A program made the translations under genes and the position numbers. From Lytechinus pictus (lineage: Eukaryota), in assembly GCF_037042905.1 (NCBI RefSeq), contig NC_087251.1, positions 18,354,001-18,418,000 of the forward strand: DNA of 64,000 nt. Direction: 5' to 3'. This document shows, piece after piece, positions 26,277 through 38,947 of the stretch; the stretch's first letter is position 1; the number at the start of each line of letters is the position of its first letter. The notes under the pieces are model-generated. The model saw only the letters and a program-made list of their open reading frames with translations. It made no database searches and was not told the origin of the DNA.

Positions 26277-26425
26277 GCACCTCGCCGAACCTGTCGAGGA
26301 ACCTGTATATAGAGTTTGGATTAATATATGGATGTCAAATTTTTCCATTCATTTATTTCAATTTCCCCGCCTTTTTCCTGGGTGTGACTACATATTCACA
26401 TTACAGCACATTGAATGATCGCTAT

Positions 26426-28885
26426 ATGTAGGTATGTGTGAATACGGGCGCATCGCGAACGCTGGTTTTGGCTGCACGGTTTTCGCGCGGGTTTTGCTGC
26501 AAGTGGCATCGCCTCTGTCTGGGCGGCTCATCGAAAATGGGGTTTCATGCGCATGCGCACATAGTTGATGCAATCTCGTGCCTCGATACAGACAGTTGAA
26601 GACTTGCTCTTTCTGTACATATAAGTTTCAATGTGGATACTCGCCTGTGAAGTGTGGATATCGGAGCTTGAAAGTTCATCAAATTTTTGGATGCGCAAAT
26701 GATCGAAATTTTTTAATGGTAAGTAGAACTGCAATCCAATTATGTATCTTGACCTTTTAAAAATGTATTCAAATTGAAAAAAAAACTATAAAAAAAATGT
26801 TCTCGTGTGGAGCAGTCCAGATATCAGAGGCGCGAGCTACCCTTGTCACAACCGGTCTCTCGCCAGATGAGCTCCCCGATGCGGTGGGCTCCCGACGGTC
26901 TTTCGGCAGTCGAGCTACCGGTACCCGATGCGGAGGGCTTGGTGACGGGAGTGGTCGATAGTGAGTCGTTCATGCTGGATTGAACTGGATCTAAATTGTT
27001 CACTTGATAATATTGTGCCTTTTTCTGAAAATGTCTGTCATTACCGTAGATTGTTATTCTGATATTGATTTAAATATATACATTTTGTCACAAAAACATT
27101 CTTTCCTCCTAAGGTTATAGAATCATATTTTATCATTTGGAAACTGGATTCTTTTGGGAGTGGAATATTAATGTTGACTTGACTTATTAAATTAAAATGC
27201 AAAATCTATAGTGTTTCTTTTTTTCTTTTGTAGAAAAAAAAAAACATTTTGAAACTTTTCAATCATGTTTCATTATTTTGAGACTGGATTTGCTTTTGAA
27301 AGGAGAATATCATAAATGTTGACTTTTTAATTAAAATGCAAAAATTATGTTTATTTTTTAGTTTCTTTTTTTTTTAAATATATTTTTTTAAGTTTCTTTT
27401 TTAAATTATTGTATTGTTTATTTTTTTCATATTTCATTATTTGGAGACTGGATTTGCTTTTGAAAGGAGAATATCTTAAATGTTGATTTGTTTTTTTTAA
27501 ATGCACGAACTAGATGTTGTTTATTTTATGTTGTAATTTTTTTCATTCTTGTAAGAAAATACATGAAAACTCAGAGGAAAGAATATTTCATTTCCAGATG
27601 GGTCTGAGTCCTGTATTTATGTTTATTATTAATTGTACTATTTATTTTTTTGTTCACTTTTCTTTTTTTAGGGATGCAGGTGGGGGTTGTATTTTGAAAT
27701 GGAAAATGGGGATGGGATTGGTACAAGTTTTTGTTTCTCTTGTTTTCAGTGCTTGTTTGGAGCTTTGATGTCTGTTTTGTTGTTGTTGTTTAAAGCTTTG
27801 TTATATATTTTTGCTGGTTGTTTTTTGCTTTGTTTTGAAAGAAATAGACCACTCTTTTCCTTTTCTTTTGGATTCGACTAATAATTTGAATTTATTTTTC
27901 TTTAAAAAGAGAGCTCAAACAGGGCTTTTGTAATACAATGTATGTATACAAATCTAAGAAATTGACAACTGATACAATATATTAAAACTTCATGTTCGTC
28001 CTTCTTGATACTTGAAATAAATTGCATACAATTCTACATACATATTTTACACTCAGCTGCTCATTCCTTCTAAAAATGTAATCACATGTCCATTGTCTCT
28101 CAAATCAAAAGCTACATATTATAACAAACTGTTGAAACAATAGAATACATAAGGAAGTGGTGAAACAATAAAATACATCAGAAAAAACACACATATTTTT
28201 ATTTGGTCATACAAAGTACAAAATAATTTTTTTCTTATGTAAAAAAGGACCCCCGTACAAACACATACAAAATTACAATACTAAGTTGAAAAAGAGCTTG
28301 TAATTTATATCAGAAAAACAAAGAAATACATTAGAAATTACAAAAACAATACTTAAGACAAATTCATTAGGAAATTATCTACATGATGCTGTTTTGATGC
28401 CAACTAAATTATATGAATTATCTATCATAATCACCTTCATTTGGCAAAAAAAGAGGCAAGTAATTGTGATTTTCTGTTATTTGCATAATTAATTAGGATT
28501 AATTAGAAGAAATTATTTTACACATAATAAGAAAAATTACTAGATGAATTGATACACATCAATTAAGCATTCTCTCACCTTTCCATTGATACCTAAATTA
28601 CTTCATAGGGCTCAAAAACAAAGAAGTTAGAGCCTGTTGAAGGCTTGGGTTCAAAATGGTCACAAAATGGTCACAAAAATCGATTCTGTACTCCATTGAC
28701 TTTACATTAAGACAATGACCACAAATTTGGATGAATATGTGCGACTTAAACTGGAATAACTTTATAATTTCTTTATGAAAACTAAAGTTCTTGGTATCAT
28801 TTTAAAGGTCTTTTTAAGAGCTTTCAAGTGATACCAAATTTATTCATATTTGATGATTTTCATTTTTTTTGTCACATACCTACTA
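26426..28885. mobile_element. 2.46-kb element inserted in the left arm of the IS3EU-like element
   Basis: Short TIR GTAGGTATGTG (26428) / CACATACCTAC (ends 28883), with TAT(AT) on both flanks. The uninterrupted site GATCGCTATGTGAG is retained (revcomp) at ~32486-32499. Confidence 0.85.
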
Positions 28886-30219
28886 TATGTGAGTTTGCTG
28901 GACGATATGGGGAGCGGGGGGCGGGGGTCACCTCTCCCACGTGTGATCGAGCTTTGTAGTCAGTTTGTGGCGTGGCAAGAATCAAAATTAACTATATTGT
29001 ACGGTCAAAGAAACATCGTCATAAAAATCCAGGGGCCAGCATAGGCAGATCCACTACGTGGTAAAGGGGCCGCCCCTCCTCCATTGGCGACGCGAAAAGA
29101 GGGGGAAAGAAAGAAAAAAAAGGAGAGGGAAGGGAAAGGAAAGAGGCAAATAAGAATAGGGAGACGAGTGAATTAAAATAAGGTGAGGGGAAAACTTTGA
29201 AAATAAAAAAATCTTGATCATGCAGCTACATAGTATATATTTTTTTTGCTCTTGCTCCGCGCTCTCGTTGCCTGTTATGAGATAGGCCTACATATCTTGC
29301 TCAACAGGCTGAAATGGAGATAAACAAAACATATTCAGCTCAGACATCGAGATTTATTTATTTTGTGTAATGTATTTTTAAGTGCTCTGTATTTTTTTAA
29401 TGGTCTGCATCTCGAAATATCTCAGCTTGAGCTTCGCCCACGCGCATTATTCATGTGGGAAAATATATCCGTTTCATGAAAATACGACTAGAGAATATAG
29501 GCCTATCCTATTTTGGGATTTAAATTTCAAACTTTGCGCACGCATCAATCTGCCTATATCGTGATCATAATTATTTTTTAAAAGTGCTTAGAATGTCCAG
29601 TTTTTATGTCCGAATATCATTTTTTTGCTTTTTTTCGGGCACTTTAATCTTTAAAAGGGCACCGACAAAAGTTTAAGATTTAGATAGCAGTATATAACTT
29701 AACAATTTATTGATGCGAGCGGAAAAAGTTTGAGATCGAGATCTAAAAACTGAATATTAGATTTTTTAATTATGAAAAGGATAGTTATCTTCCTTTATGA
29801 ATAATGCGAGCGCGAAGGAATACAAAATATGCAACTAAACAATAATTGATGCGGCGAGCGCAAAGCACGAGCGGAAAAAGTGTGAAATCTAAGAAAACTC
29901 TATTTTGTTACTATATTTATTTAACCTAGAAACGGGCCCTCTAAGCACATTTTGTCATCATATGAAAAGGATAACTATTATTAGTTCCTCTACCTAAGGG
30001 CGAGCTGAAAATATTGTTGATATTCCGATCTGAAAAAAGAGACAATAAGGATTATGAATTCATAAAAAGGATTTTTTTTCATTTAATAATAGGCCAAATG
30101 AGAACGCGAAATTTTGGAATTCATACAGAAGTATTCTCACTAACCAAAATGCGAGCGCGTAGTGCTAGCTGATATATTTTCGCAATCAGACCTGAACAAA
30201 AGGGATTTATTTAGCATTT

Positions 30220-30628
30220 AATTATTACGTACGTACGTAGTATTTATTACGTACGTACGTAGTATTTATTACGTACGTACGTAGTATTATCACGTACGTA
30301 CGTAGTATTATTACGTACGTACGTAATATTTATCACGTACGTACGTAGTATTATCACGTAAGTACGTAGTATTATCACGTACGTACGTAGTATTATTACG
30401 TACGTACGTAATATTTATCACGTACGTACGTAGTATTATCACGTACGTACGTAGTATTATCACGTACGTACCTAATATTTATCACGTACGTACGTAGTTT
30501 TATCACGTACGTACGTAGTAGTATCACGTACGTACGTAGTATTATTACGTACGTACGTAATATTTATCACGTACGTACGTAGTATTTATTACGTACGTAC
30601 GTAGTATTTATTACATACGTACGTAATA
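30220..30628. repeat. Central 21/22-bp ACGT minisatellite
   Basis: Same unit as 26005-26276 with ATCACGTAC variants, followed by the same TAATAAGCACCTCG.CGAACCTG tag. Confidence 0.97.
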
Positions 30629-32644
30629 AGCACCTCGTCGAACCTGTAATCTTAACAGATCAATGACAGTCGGACTAGCTAGACTACTTTTGATGGATGT
30701 CAATCTTTCGATTTCCACACCTTTTGTGACTATAGATCTGCTGGACACTTAAGGGGGGTCACCCCTCCCATAATAGTGTTGGCATTATAATATTGATACA
30801 TTATGTGATCGAGCTAAGTCAGTTTGTGGAGTAACAAGAACATAAAAATTAGCATAATGTACGTTCATAGGAACATTGCTATTATCACCAACATCCTAAA
30901 AGATTTTTTTTTTAAGTGCAGGGGTCAGCAAAGGCGGATCCAAGAGAAAAGGACAGCGCCCCCCCCCCCTTCCCCAGTATTGGCGGCGCAATAAGAAAAC
31001 TTCGGGACTCAAAAAGAAAAAAAAAGGAAAGGAGAGGGTAAAAAGAAATAATGAAGACGGGTCACGAGTGAATAAAATGAGGGGGGCGGTCGAAGACTTT
31101 GAAAAAGTAATCTTTCATGTCAATTTATAAAGGTTGATAAGGAGCTTAAAATATTCAATTTTAAGTCAGTACACAAACATATTCCATTTCAGACATAGAG
31201 CATTCATTATTTTGTCTGATATGCAATCGCATTATTTGAAACGTGAACTAGGTCCTTCTTCGTGTATTCCATAAAGTTCTCAAGATGGTCTATTGTTCAG
31301 GTCTTATTGTAAAAAAATATCAACTAGCACTGCGAGCTCGTGTTTTGGTTAGTGAGAATACTTCTGTATGAATTCCAAAATTTCGCGTTCTCATTTGGCC
31401 TGTCATTAAATTAAAAACTAGGTTAAAAAAATATATAGTAACAAAATAGAGTATCCCGTTTTCTTAAATCTCACACTTTTTCCGCTCGTGCTTTGCGCTC
31501 GCCGCATCAATTATTGTTTAGTTGCATTATTTGTATTCCTTCGTGCTCGCATTATTCATAAAGGAAGATAACCATCCTTTTCATAATTAAAAATATAATA
31601 TTCAGTTTTTAGATCTCGATCTCAAACTATTTCCGCTCGCATCAATAAGTTGTTTAGTTATACTGCTATCTAAATCTTAAACTTTTGTCGGTGCCCTTTT
31701 AAAGATTAAAGTGCCCTAGAAAAAAAATGCAAAAAATTGATATTCGGACCTAAAAACTGGACATTCTAAGCACCTTTTTTAAAATAATTATGAACATGAT
31801 ATAGGCACATTGATGCGAGCGCAAAGTTTGAAATTTAAATCCCGAAATAGGATAGGCCTATATATACTCTAGTCATATTTTCATGAAACGGATATATTTT
31901 CCCACATGAATAATGCGCGTGGGCGAAGCTCAAGCTGAGATATTTTGAGATGCAGACCATGCATTAACAAAAAATACAGAGCACTTAAAAATCAATTTGT
32001 AAATTACACAAAATAAATAAAAGCTCGATGTCCGAGCTGAATATGTTTTGTCTATCTCCATTTCAGCCTGTTGAGCAAGATATTTATGTAGGCCTATCTC
32101 ATAACAGGCAACGAGAGCGCGGAGCAAGAGCACAAATGTTATATACTGTAGCTGCATGATCAAGATTTTTTTATTTTCAAAGTTTTCCCCTCACCTTATT
32201 TTCACTCACTCGTCTCCCTATTCTTATTTGCCTCTTTCCTTTCCCTTCCCTCTCCTTTTTTTTCTTTCTTTCCCCCTCTTTTCGCGTCGCCAATGGAGGA
32301 GGGGCGGCCCCTTTACCACGTAGTGGATCTGCCTATATGCTGGCCCCTGGATTTTTATGACGATGTTTGTTTGACCGTACAATATAGTTAATTTTGATTC
32401 TTGCCACGCCACAAACTGACTACAAAGCTCGATCACACGTGGGAGAGTTGGCCCCCGCCCCCCACTCCCCATATCGTCCAGCAAACTCACATAGCGATCA
32501 TTCAATGTGCTGTAATGTGAATATGTAGTCACACCCAGGAGTCACATAAGGCGGGGAAATCGAAATAAATGAATGGAAAAATTTGACATCCATATATTAA
32601 TCCAAACTCTATATACAGGTTCCTCGACAGGTTCGGCGAGGTGC

Positions 32645-32903
32645 TTATTACGTACGTACGTAATAAATACTACGTACGTACGTAATAATACTACGTACGT
32701 ACGTAATAAATACTACGTACGTACGTAATAATTACTACGTACGTACGTAATAATACCACGTACGCACGTAATAATTACTACGTACGTACGTAATAATACT
32801 ACGTACGTACGTAATAATACCACGTACGTACGTAATAATTGCTACGTACGTACGTAATAATACTACGTACGTACGTAATAATACCACGTACGTACGTAAT
32901 AAT
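32645..32903. repeat. 21-bp ACGT minisatellite (right TIR)
   Basis: Reverse complement of the left array. Confidence 0.97.
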
Positions 32904-33336
32904 TTTTTTTTTTTCGTTGTAAAAAATGTCCGGTTTGGGGCTTCGTAGCGTACCCCTCCACGAAAAACATTATTATTTTCGTGCGCGACAAATTACATCA
33001 TGATTCCGGACGCGCGCCGGACGGGTAAAGATATCCTTGATTATAATGATGTAAGAGCAAATTTGTATGATTTTTTTCTTCTTACATCATATCATGAGTA
33101 AATTCTAAGTATTATTTGCTTTTTATATCGAATCTGAGCAGATGTTGGTAATGAATTCGTGTTTGATAACTTATTTTATTTTGTCTTGTTAGCTGCATGT
33201 TCCATGGCACTTTCCATAATATGCTCGCGTTCACGAGTATCGTGACGCTCATCAAGTTCTATCGATGCGCTGCCGATCGACGGCTCTACTCACGGTAAAC
33301 CTCGCGCACGGGTACCTTGCGAACTAGCCGTTGAAT

Positions 33337-34215
33337 AGGGCTCAACACTAGCGGCGGTCCGACGGTCCCAGACCGGTAAAAATCGCTGTCGGGCCAGTAG
33401 ATTTTCAGAAATAGGAAGATTTACTGGTCCGACATGACCAGTAAAAATATCATTTTCGGGCCAGGAATTTTTCCAAAAATAGCAAGATTTAAGGGTCCGA
33501 CATGACCACTAATAAAATCCACTGTTGGGCCAATAACTTTTCCAGAAATTGTCAAATTCACTGCAAACTATTTCCCCCCGTTAAATTCTGTCATTCACAC
33601 ACAGAATACACACACAAGAGTAGCATACAGTGTACATGTAGCCAGCCACACAACCCACGTGGTAAATTCTCTACTGGCTGCGCGAACGAAGCTTGGCTAA
33701 ACTCTGGCAGATATCTCTCACAGAACTGTAAAAATTCACGGTTCATACTCATGAAAGGCTCTTATAATGTCCATATTTCCTAAAAATTGGAGTAACTCTG
33801 TCATTTGTAAGCAGTAAAAGGAGAAATTTTCACTTCTGTTTTGGTTCAAACAGATCGGGTTTCGGGTGATATCTTCTGAATACATACTAGCCCCACATAT
33901 GCATTTATGTGTGTGTTGATACACTTGGTTTCTGACTTTCTTTCGTAGTTATTTTAATTGAGCCAAAAAGAAACTGATAAATTATTTGATGATAGTTTTA
34001 GCTTTCTTCCTCTGTTTTCTTCCTATCTTTCTTTCCTTCTTTCTTTTCAATCTTTCTTTGTTTCTTCCCTCTTTTCTTTCATTTTTTTGTTACTGTCTTT
34101 CTTTTTTAATTTCCCTTTTTTCTTTAATTTGTTCTTTCTTTCCTTTTAAAAATATTTTTCTCTATTCCTTTTTTCTCTTTCTTCCTTTCTTTCTTTCTTT
34201 CTTTCTTTCTTTTAT

Positions 34216-34281
<66 letters not shown>

Positions 34282-35033
34282 TTCCTTCCTTCCTTCCTTC
34301 CTTCCTTCCTTCCTTCCTTCCTTCCTTCCTTCCTTCCTTCCTTCCTTCCTTCCTTCCTTCCTTTCTTTCTTTTTGATATTTTTCTTTCTTTAATTCTTGA
34401 GTCCATCCATCCTATATTCATCTCTTCTCTCATTCCTTTCTTTCCTTCTTTTTACCATTTTCTTTCCTTCATTCTTTGTCACTTTCTTTGTTTCTTTCTT
34501 CCTTCCATCCATCATTTATTTACCCTTTCTTGTTGTTTTTTTATTTCTTCCTTCTTCCAACCCTTTCTCTCTTTCTTACATTCATTCCTTCCTTTCTTAT
34601 ATATGTCTTGTTCTTTCCTTTTTCCCTTTGTTAAATCTATCCTTTTACCTTTCCTTTCTTTTTTTTGACTGCTTGCTTCCTTTCTCTCCTTTATTCTTTC
34701 ATTCCTTCCTTTCTTTGTCTCTCAGTCTTTCTTTTTTTCTTCCTTTCATCTATTCTTTTCTCTTTTTTTTTATATTGCTTGCTTCTTTCCTTCCCTTCCT
34801 TTATTTCTTTCCTTCTATCTATCATTTTACCTTTCCTTTATTTCTTCCTTAACTCCTTTCTTCCTTCTTTCAATCCTTCCTTCCTCTCTTTCTTTATTTT
34901 GACCTTCTTTCCATCTCTCCCTTTACCCTTTCTTTTTTATTGCTTCTTCTTTCTTTCCTTTACTAATTACTGGATTTGTTCTTTCTTTCTGTATTGCTTG
35001 CTTCATTTCTTTCCTTCATTTCTTTTTTTCTTT

Positions 35034-35081
<48 letters not shown>

Positions 35082-35459
35082 TTTGTTCCTTCTTTATTCC
35101 TTCCTTCCTTTCCTTCTTTAGTTCTTTCTTTTTTTCCTTCCTTCACATCTATCCTTTCTTTACCTTTTCTTTTTTTCTTCCTTCCTTCCTTTCTTTTATT
35201 CTTTTCTTTCTTTCTTTTTTTCTTTCTTTCTTCGTTTCTGTCTTGCTTTCTTTTTGTCCTTCATTCCTTCATTTTATTTTTTTTTGGGGGGAACGAAAGG
35301 CTAGAAAAATAAACTTGCGCCTTTTTTTAATGTTTTCTTTATTTTTTGGGACCAGTAGATTTTAGGTTCGGACCAGTAAAAATTTGAAAAACTGGGTATC
35401 TACTGGTCCGACATGAATAGGTTGGACCAGTAGAAAAAAAGGGTTAGTGTGGAGCCCTG
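33337..35459. mobile_element. 2.1-kb hAT-like non-autonomous element with TC-rich interior (GGACCAGT family)
   Basis: AGGGCTCAACACTA ... TAGTGTGGAGCCCTG. Partial TSD CGTTGA on both sides. Repeated GGTCCGA/GGACCAGT motifs. Confidence 0.85.
34000..35285. repeat. (TTTC)n/(TTCC)n polypyrimidine low-complexity tract
   Basis: Directly visible. Pure arrays at ~34185-34370. Confidence 0.97.
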
Positions 35460-36125
35460 CGTTGATGATCGGCACAATACTTGACAATAGACACCACACC
35501 CCATCATTCGATCGAAGGAGCGGACGAGATTGAAATTCGGCAAATCAGGCCCATATTTCCGTTAGAAAATATATCAATTGTTAATACAAAACTATGTTAT
35601 ATGATATTTTAAGCATTTTCTGTCATTTTTAGAGATAATTATATATAGGTAAAAGTTGGATTTTTGCCTTGTTTTTGCAATCTTGTTCTATGTATTGCTC
35701 TGTGAAATTGAATTGCGGAAGTCTTACGGTATGAATTTGTTTTAGAACGCAGTAATATGCGCGTCCGGAATCATAATAGTGTCCGGTAATACAATACGTG
35801 ACTATACGCGCTAATAAATATTTTGAGTATAGGAGTAGGGGTCAGAGTCGGACATTTCTTGCCCATATTAACAAACTAATTTTTGTGCTTGTATTTTCTC
35901 CAAAAGCTGTATGTGTACTTGTGTAGGACCTATCCAGGGGCCACCCAAGGGTTCATTACATGCCGCCGCGCACAGAAAATTCAAGCAATAGAAGTCGTGT
36001 GTTGTGGACCCAAGAAGTGAGATCCCAGCACGCGCGACCCACTAGTTAGAAATCCACTGCCAAACGCGGTTCGTGGTGCGAGGTTAGTATACTAATACTA
36101 ACCTCGCAATACGTGTGAGTGCCAG

Positions 36126-36446
36126 GGGCCGATTGCACGAAAGGGTCTTTCCAAGGACTGTCTTTCGTGTCGCCCATCTATCTTTTATGATGCGCTATAA
36201 TAATAAGCGGGGTGTTTCTGAAATTTATGATAAACAAATAAAATTTGTAAGCTTGCTTTTAAATAAAATTTTATACAATTTCATGAGATATCACATCATT
36301 TTATAAACAAATATTTTGTTTATTTTAACGGACAAATAAAATATATTTGCAGATAATTTATTTGAAATGCGTTTCACATGGCGTATCATAAAAGATGGGC
36401 GACACGAAAGACGGTCCTTGGAAAGACCCTTTCGTGCAATCGGCCC
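36126..36446. mobile_element. Harbinger-like hairpin MITE
   Basis: ~70-bp TIR GGGCCGATTGCACGAAAGGGTCTTTCCAAGGAC... Flanks CAG / CAA. Confidence 0.85.
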
Positions 36447-36968
36447 CAAAATAACTCAACTGCTTCTCCAGAGCTCACCCTCAGTCAGGGCACTCATTGA
36501 ATTCAGTTACATCTCCATGTGTGGCAAAATAAGGGTGGCAATTTTGGCTTATTTTCTCTTTTCCTATGGGACAAATGCCTTGATATTCTTACACTGTCAG
36601 TTTCCAATACAGCTATTCATCATATAACTTGGCTCTTATGTAAATTTGATTCTTTAAATTATTTTTTCTTAATTAAAAATAGAGATTGAAAAATGAAAAT
36701 TTTCTTCCCATATTACTTTCCACCAATAGAGGGCATACACAAAAATATGCCCAAAATTCAAGTTTTTGAGCGCTCTGGTGAATACAAAAATTATTTCCAA
36801 GTTACTAAGAAAAAATACATTGCAACTGTATGGAAATTAGTAATTTTGGTCACAAAAGTGATATTTTAATGATTTTTTAAAGTGTGTGCTATGTACAGCA
36901 TTGGCATACCATAGTCCTACCTGTAGATTCCCCACAGGCAGGATGGTTGCAGTGAACAAGTGCCTCAG

Positions 36969-37717
36969 GGGTGGTATTCTGGAACACTGTCATAAATTTT
37001 GTCATTTCTCTCCGAGACGTGACACCGCTATGATTGTCACAAATCGGTATTCTAAACATTGTCTTTTTCCTTTCATATCTCTCAAAGTTCCCGACCATCT
37101 TTTCGGAAGCAAACCAATCAAAATCATTGTTAGTTCCCAGTAGGAGCCCTTCTAGCCAATAGGAACTTAGCTCCGTGACAGGTAGGGTGTATCCCCAATA
37201 CAGTTGTTGGTATCGCGCAACTACGCGTATATTGATGCGCTTAATTACAAAGAGAGACGGAGCTGTGAAGGATTTTAGAGGAGAAGTAGAAAAAGAAGGA
37301 AAACAGAGAAAAGAGGAGGCATTAATATGTTTATTATGGGGCCTATCTAATTGTAGCATGAAAAATAATTTTGAAAATTATCGTGGATGACGAGTGAAAC
37401 TAATACCACAATCTAATCTAACTAATATCATTATATGCTTGACAGTCAGTCGACAGGGTGTCGAGATATTTTGTACTAAAAGATATGACAAAATTTATGA
37501 CTGCTACCCCCTGTCATAACTTTTGTCATATCTTTTGCTTGTATAAAAGGATTACGCACATTTAAAGCCGCATATTTTTGGTGCACGCTAAAGAGAAGAG
37601 ACAAAATTTATTACAATTTTTGTGACAACAGTTATGATATCCACAAGAATACCGATTTTGTCATATCTCTGAGATAACATAAAATATGGAGAAAAGACAA
37701 TGTTCAGAATACCGCCT
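36969..37717. mobile_element. Harbinger-like MITE upstream of the carboxypeptidase
   Basis: GGGTGGTATTCTGGAACA ... TGTTCAGAATACCGCCT, with CAG on both flanks (36966-36968, 37718-37720). Confidence 0.7.
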
Positions 37718-38079
37718 CAGACTCCAGCCTCCAGGAGCATCGCGGCCGCTAGACCAAAACTAAAGCTTATCTCTGTTATGTTGGTTGTTCCGCTGAACTC
37801 TGTTGGCTCCACTCACCAATTAACAGAGACTGAAGTTCTAACTCAATCTGTACAGGGACTCAATGGCCATATGTTTATTATGTATTAAGTTCAGATCCAC
37901 CAGTTGCACGACAGCCAAAGTAAGTCACTGTTTTTCCCCGTTTTGGTGCATTTCAGGCCAAAACGAAATAATAATCTTTATTTTGGTCCAGTCCTTTTTA
38001 TATGTTTTTATGAAATAAAGACAAAAATCGATGAGCCCAGTCGGGGGGATTTTGCATTGGTAACCCCCTATTGTGGCTG

Positions 38080-38212
38080 CATGATAGCGAGCCGTCTGTG
38101 TACGAGGAGAAATAAAAAAAGAATAAAAATGTTAAAAAACTCCTTGAAACAGACGGCTGCCAGCTGTCTACGCGGCCGCTTGATCAACTGATTAATACTA
38201 GTTAAGGTATAG
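38080..38212 (+). promoter_or_regulatory. Putative promoter / non-coding first exon of the carboxypeptidase
   Basis: Local CpG-rich patch with possible donor AAG|GTATAG at 38206/38207. A strong acceptor TATTTTCCAG| at 38850 implies an upstream exon. Confidence 0.4.
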
Positions 38213-38947
38213 CCTACATCAAGAGATGTTCGTGCTGGCTCCACTCCACTTCACTACCGCTACACCTACACCTACAAAAACTTCAAGGTCCAATACTCGC
38301 TCTGATACTCTGAGTGGCAAAGGTGGGGGAAAAATGCATATTTATTGTAAAAATCCTACACCAAAACTAGCTTAAAAAGAATAAATGGAATTAAGTATTT
38401 TTGGTTACAAAAGTGATATTTTAATGAATTTTTTAAATGTGTGTTGTATATTGCATATATCTACATGTCAGATTCCCTGTACAGGCAGGGTGGTGCAGAC
38501 CAGAGTTTTCTCCTTTTCATAAAGAACTTGGAACGATGGGTCCCTTTGATATTTGGTGTTATTTGGCAAGATGTTTATCATGCTTGTCAAGCAACTTTCA
38601 GAGTCAACATCATGTAAGGGGATTTGCCTTGTGTAAACAATGCCAGGAAAAATAATTTTCCAGTTTCCTGCTTGCCAATGGTATCAAAATTGTGAAAAGA
38701 CAATATGGCTAGTATTACAATTGTTTTGGCCAAATAATTATTTAAATCTTTATAACTCTCTCTTTGTGTAGGTCTATTGTTATTTAGTAAACCCACTTTG
38801 GGCATACATGAAGTTCTGTATTTTTTGTGTGTCATATTTTTATTTTCCAGGTTACCAAGTTCAACGTACAGTATATGGTTACACATTGACTTTTTATGAG
38901 CCATGGATCACAGTGTGTGAGAATCGAGCAACGAAGACAGTGCAGAG

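Larger units (their letters stand above)
25961..32947. mobile_element. 7-kb non-autonomous foldback element, IS3EU-like
   Basis: Termini TACGAAGCCCCAAACCGGACATTTTT ... AAAAATGTCCGGTTTGGGGCTTCGTA. Perfect 6-bp TSD GCGTAC (25955-25960, 32948-32953). The right arm ~31330-32947 is the reverse complement of 25961-26425 joined to 28886-30190. Confidence 0.92.

Noticed and set aside
25985..30628. ACGT arrays as CRISPR arrays or coding repeats
   Set aside because: Head-to-tail units without unique spacers, eukaryotic context and no cas genes.
28850..32532. Duplicated ORFs containing YVSLLDDMGSGG on opposite strands
   Set aside because: A by-product of the inverted arms. One copy has an internal stop and their starts differ.
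33958..35365. Multiple F/L/S-rich membrane-like ORFs
   Set aside because: Stop-poor polypyrimidine low-complexity DNA.
32998..35776. Inverted TGATTCCGGACGCGC match suggesting a larger host element
   Set aside because: Only ~15 bp align, and no termini or TSD could be defined.
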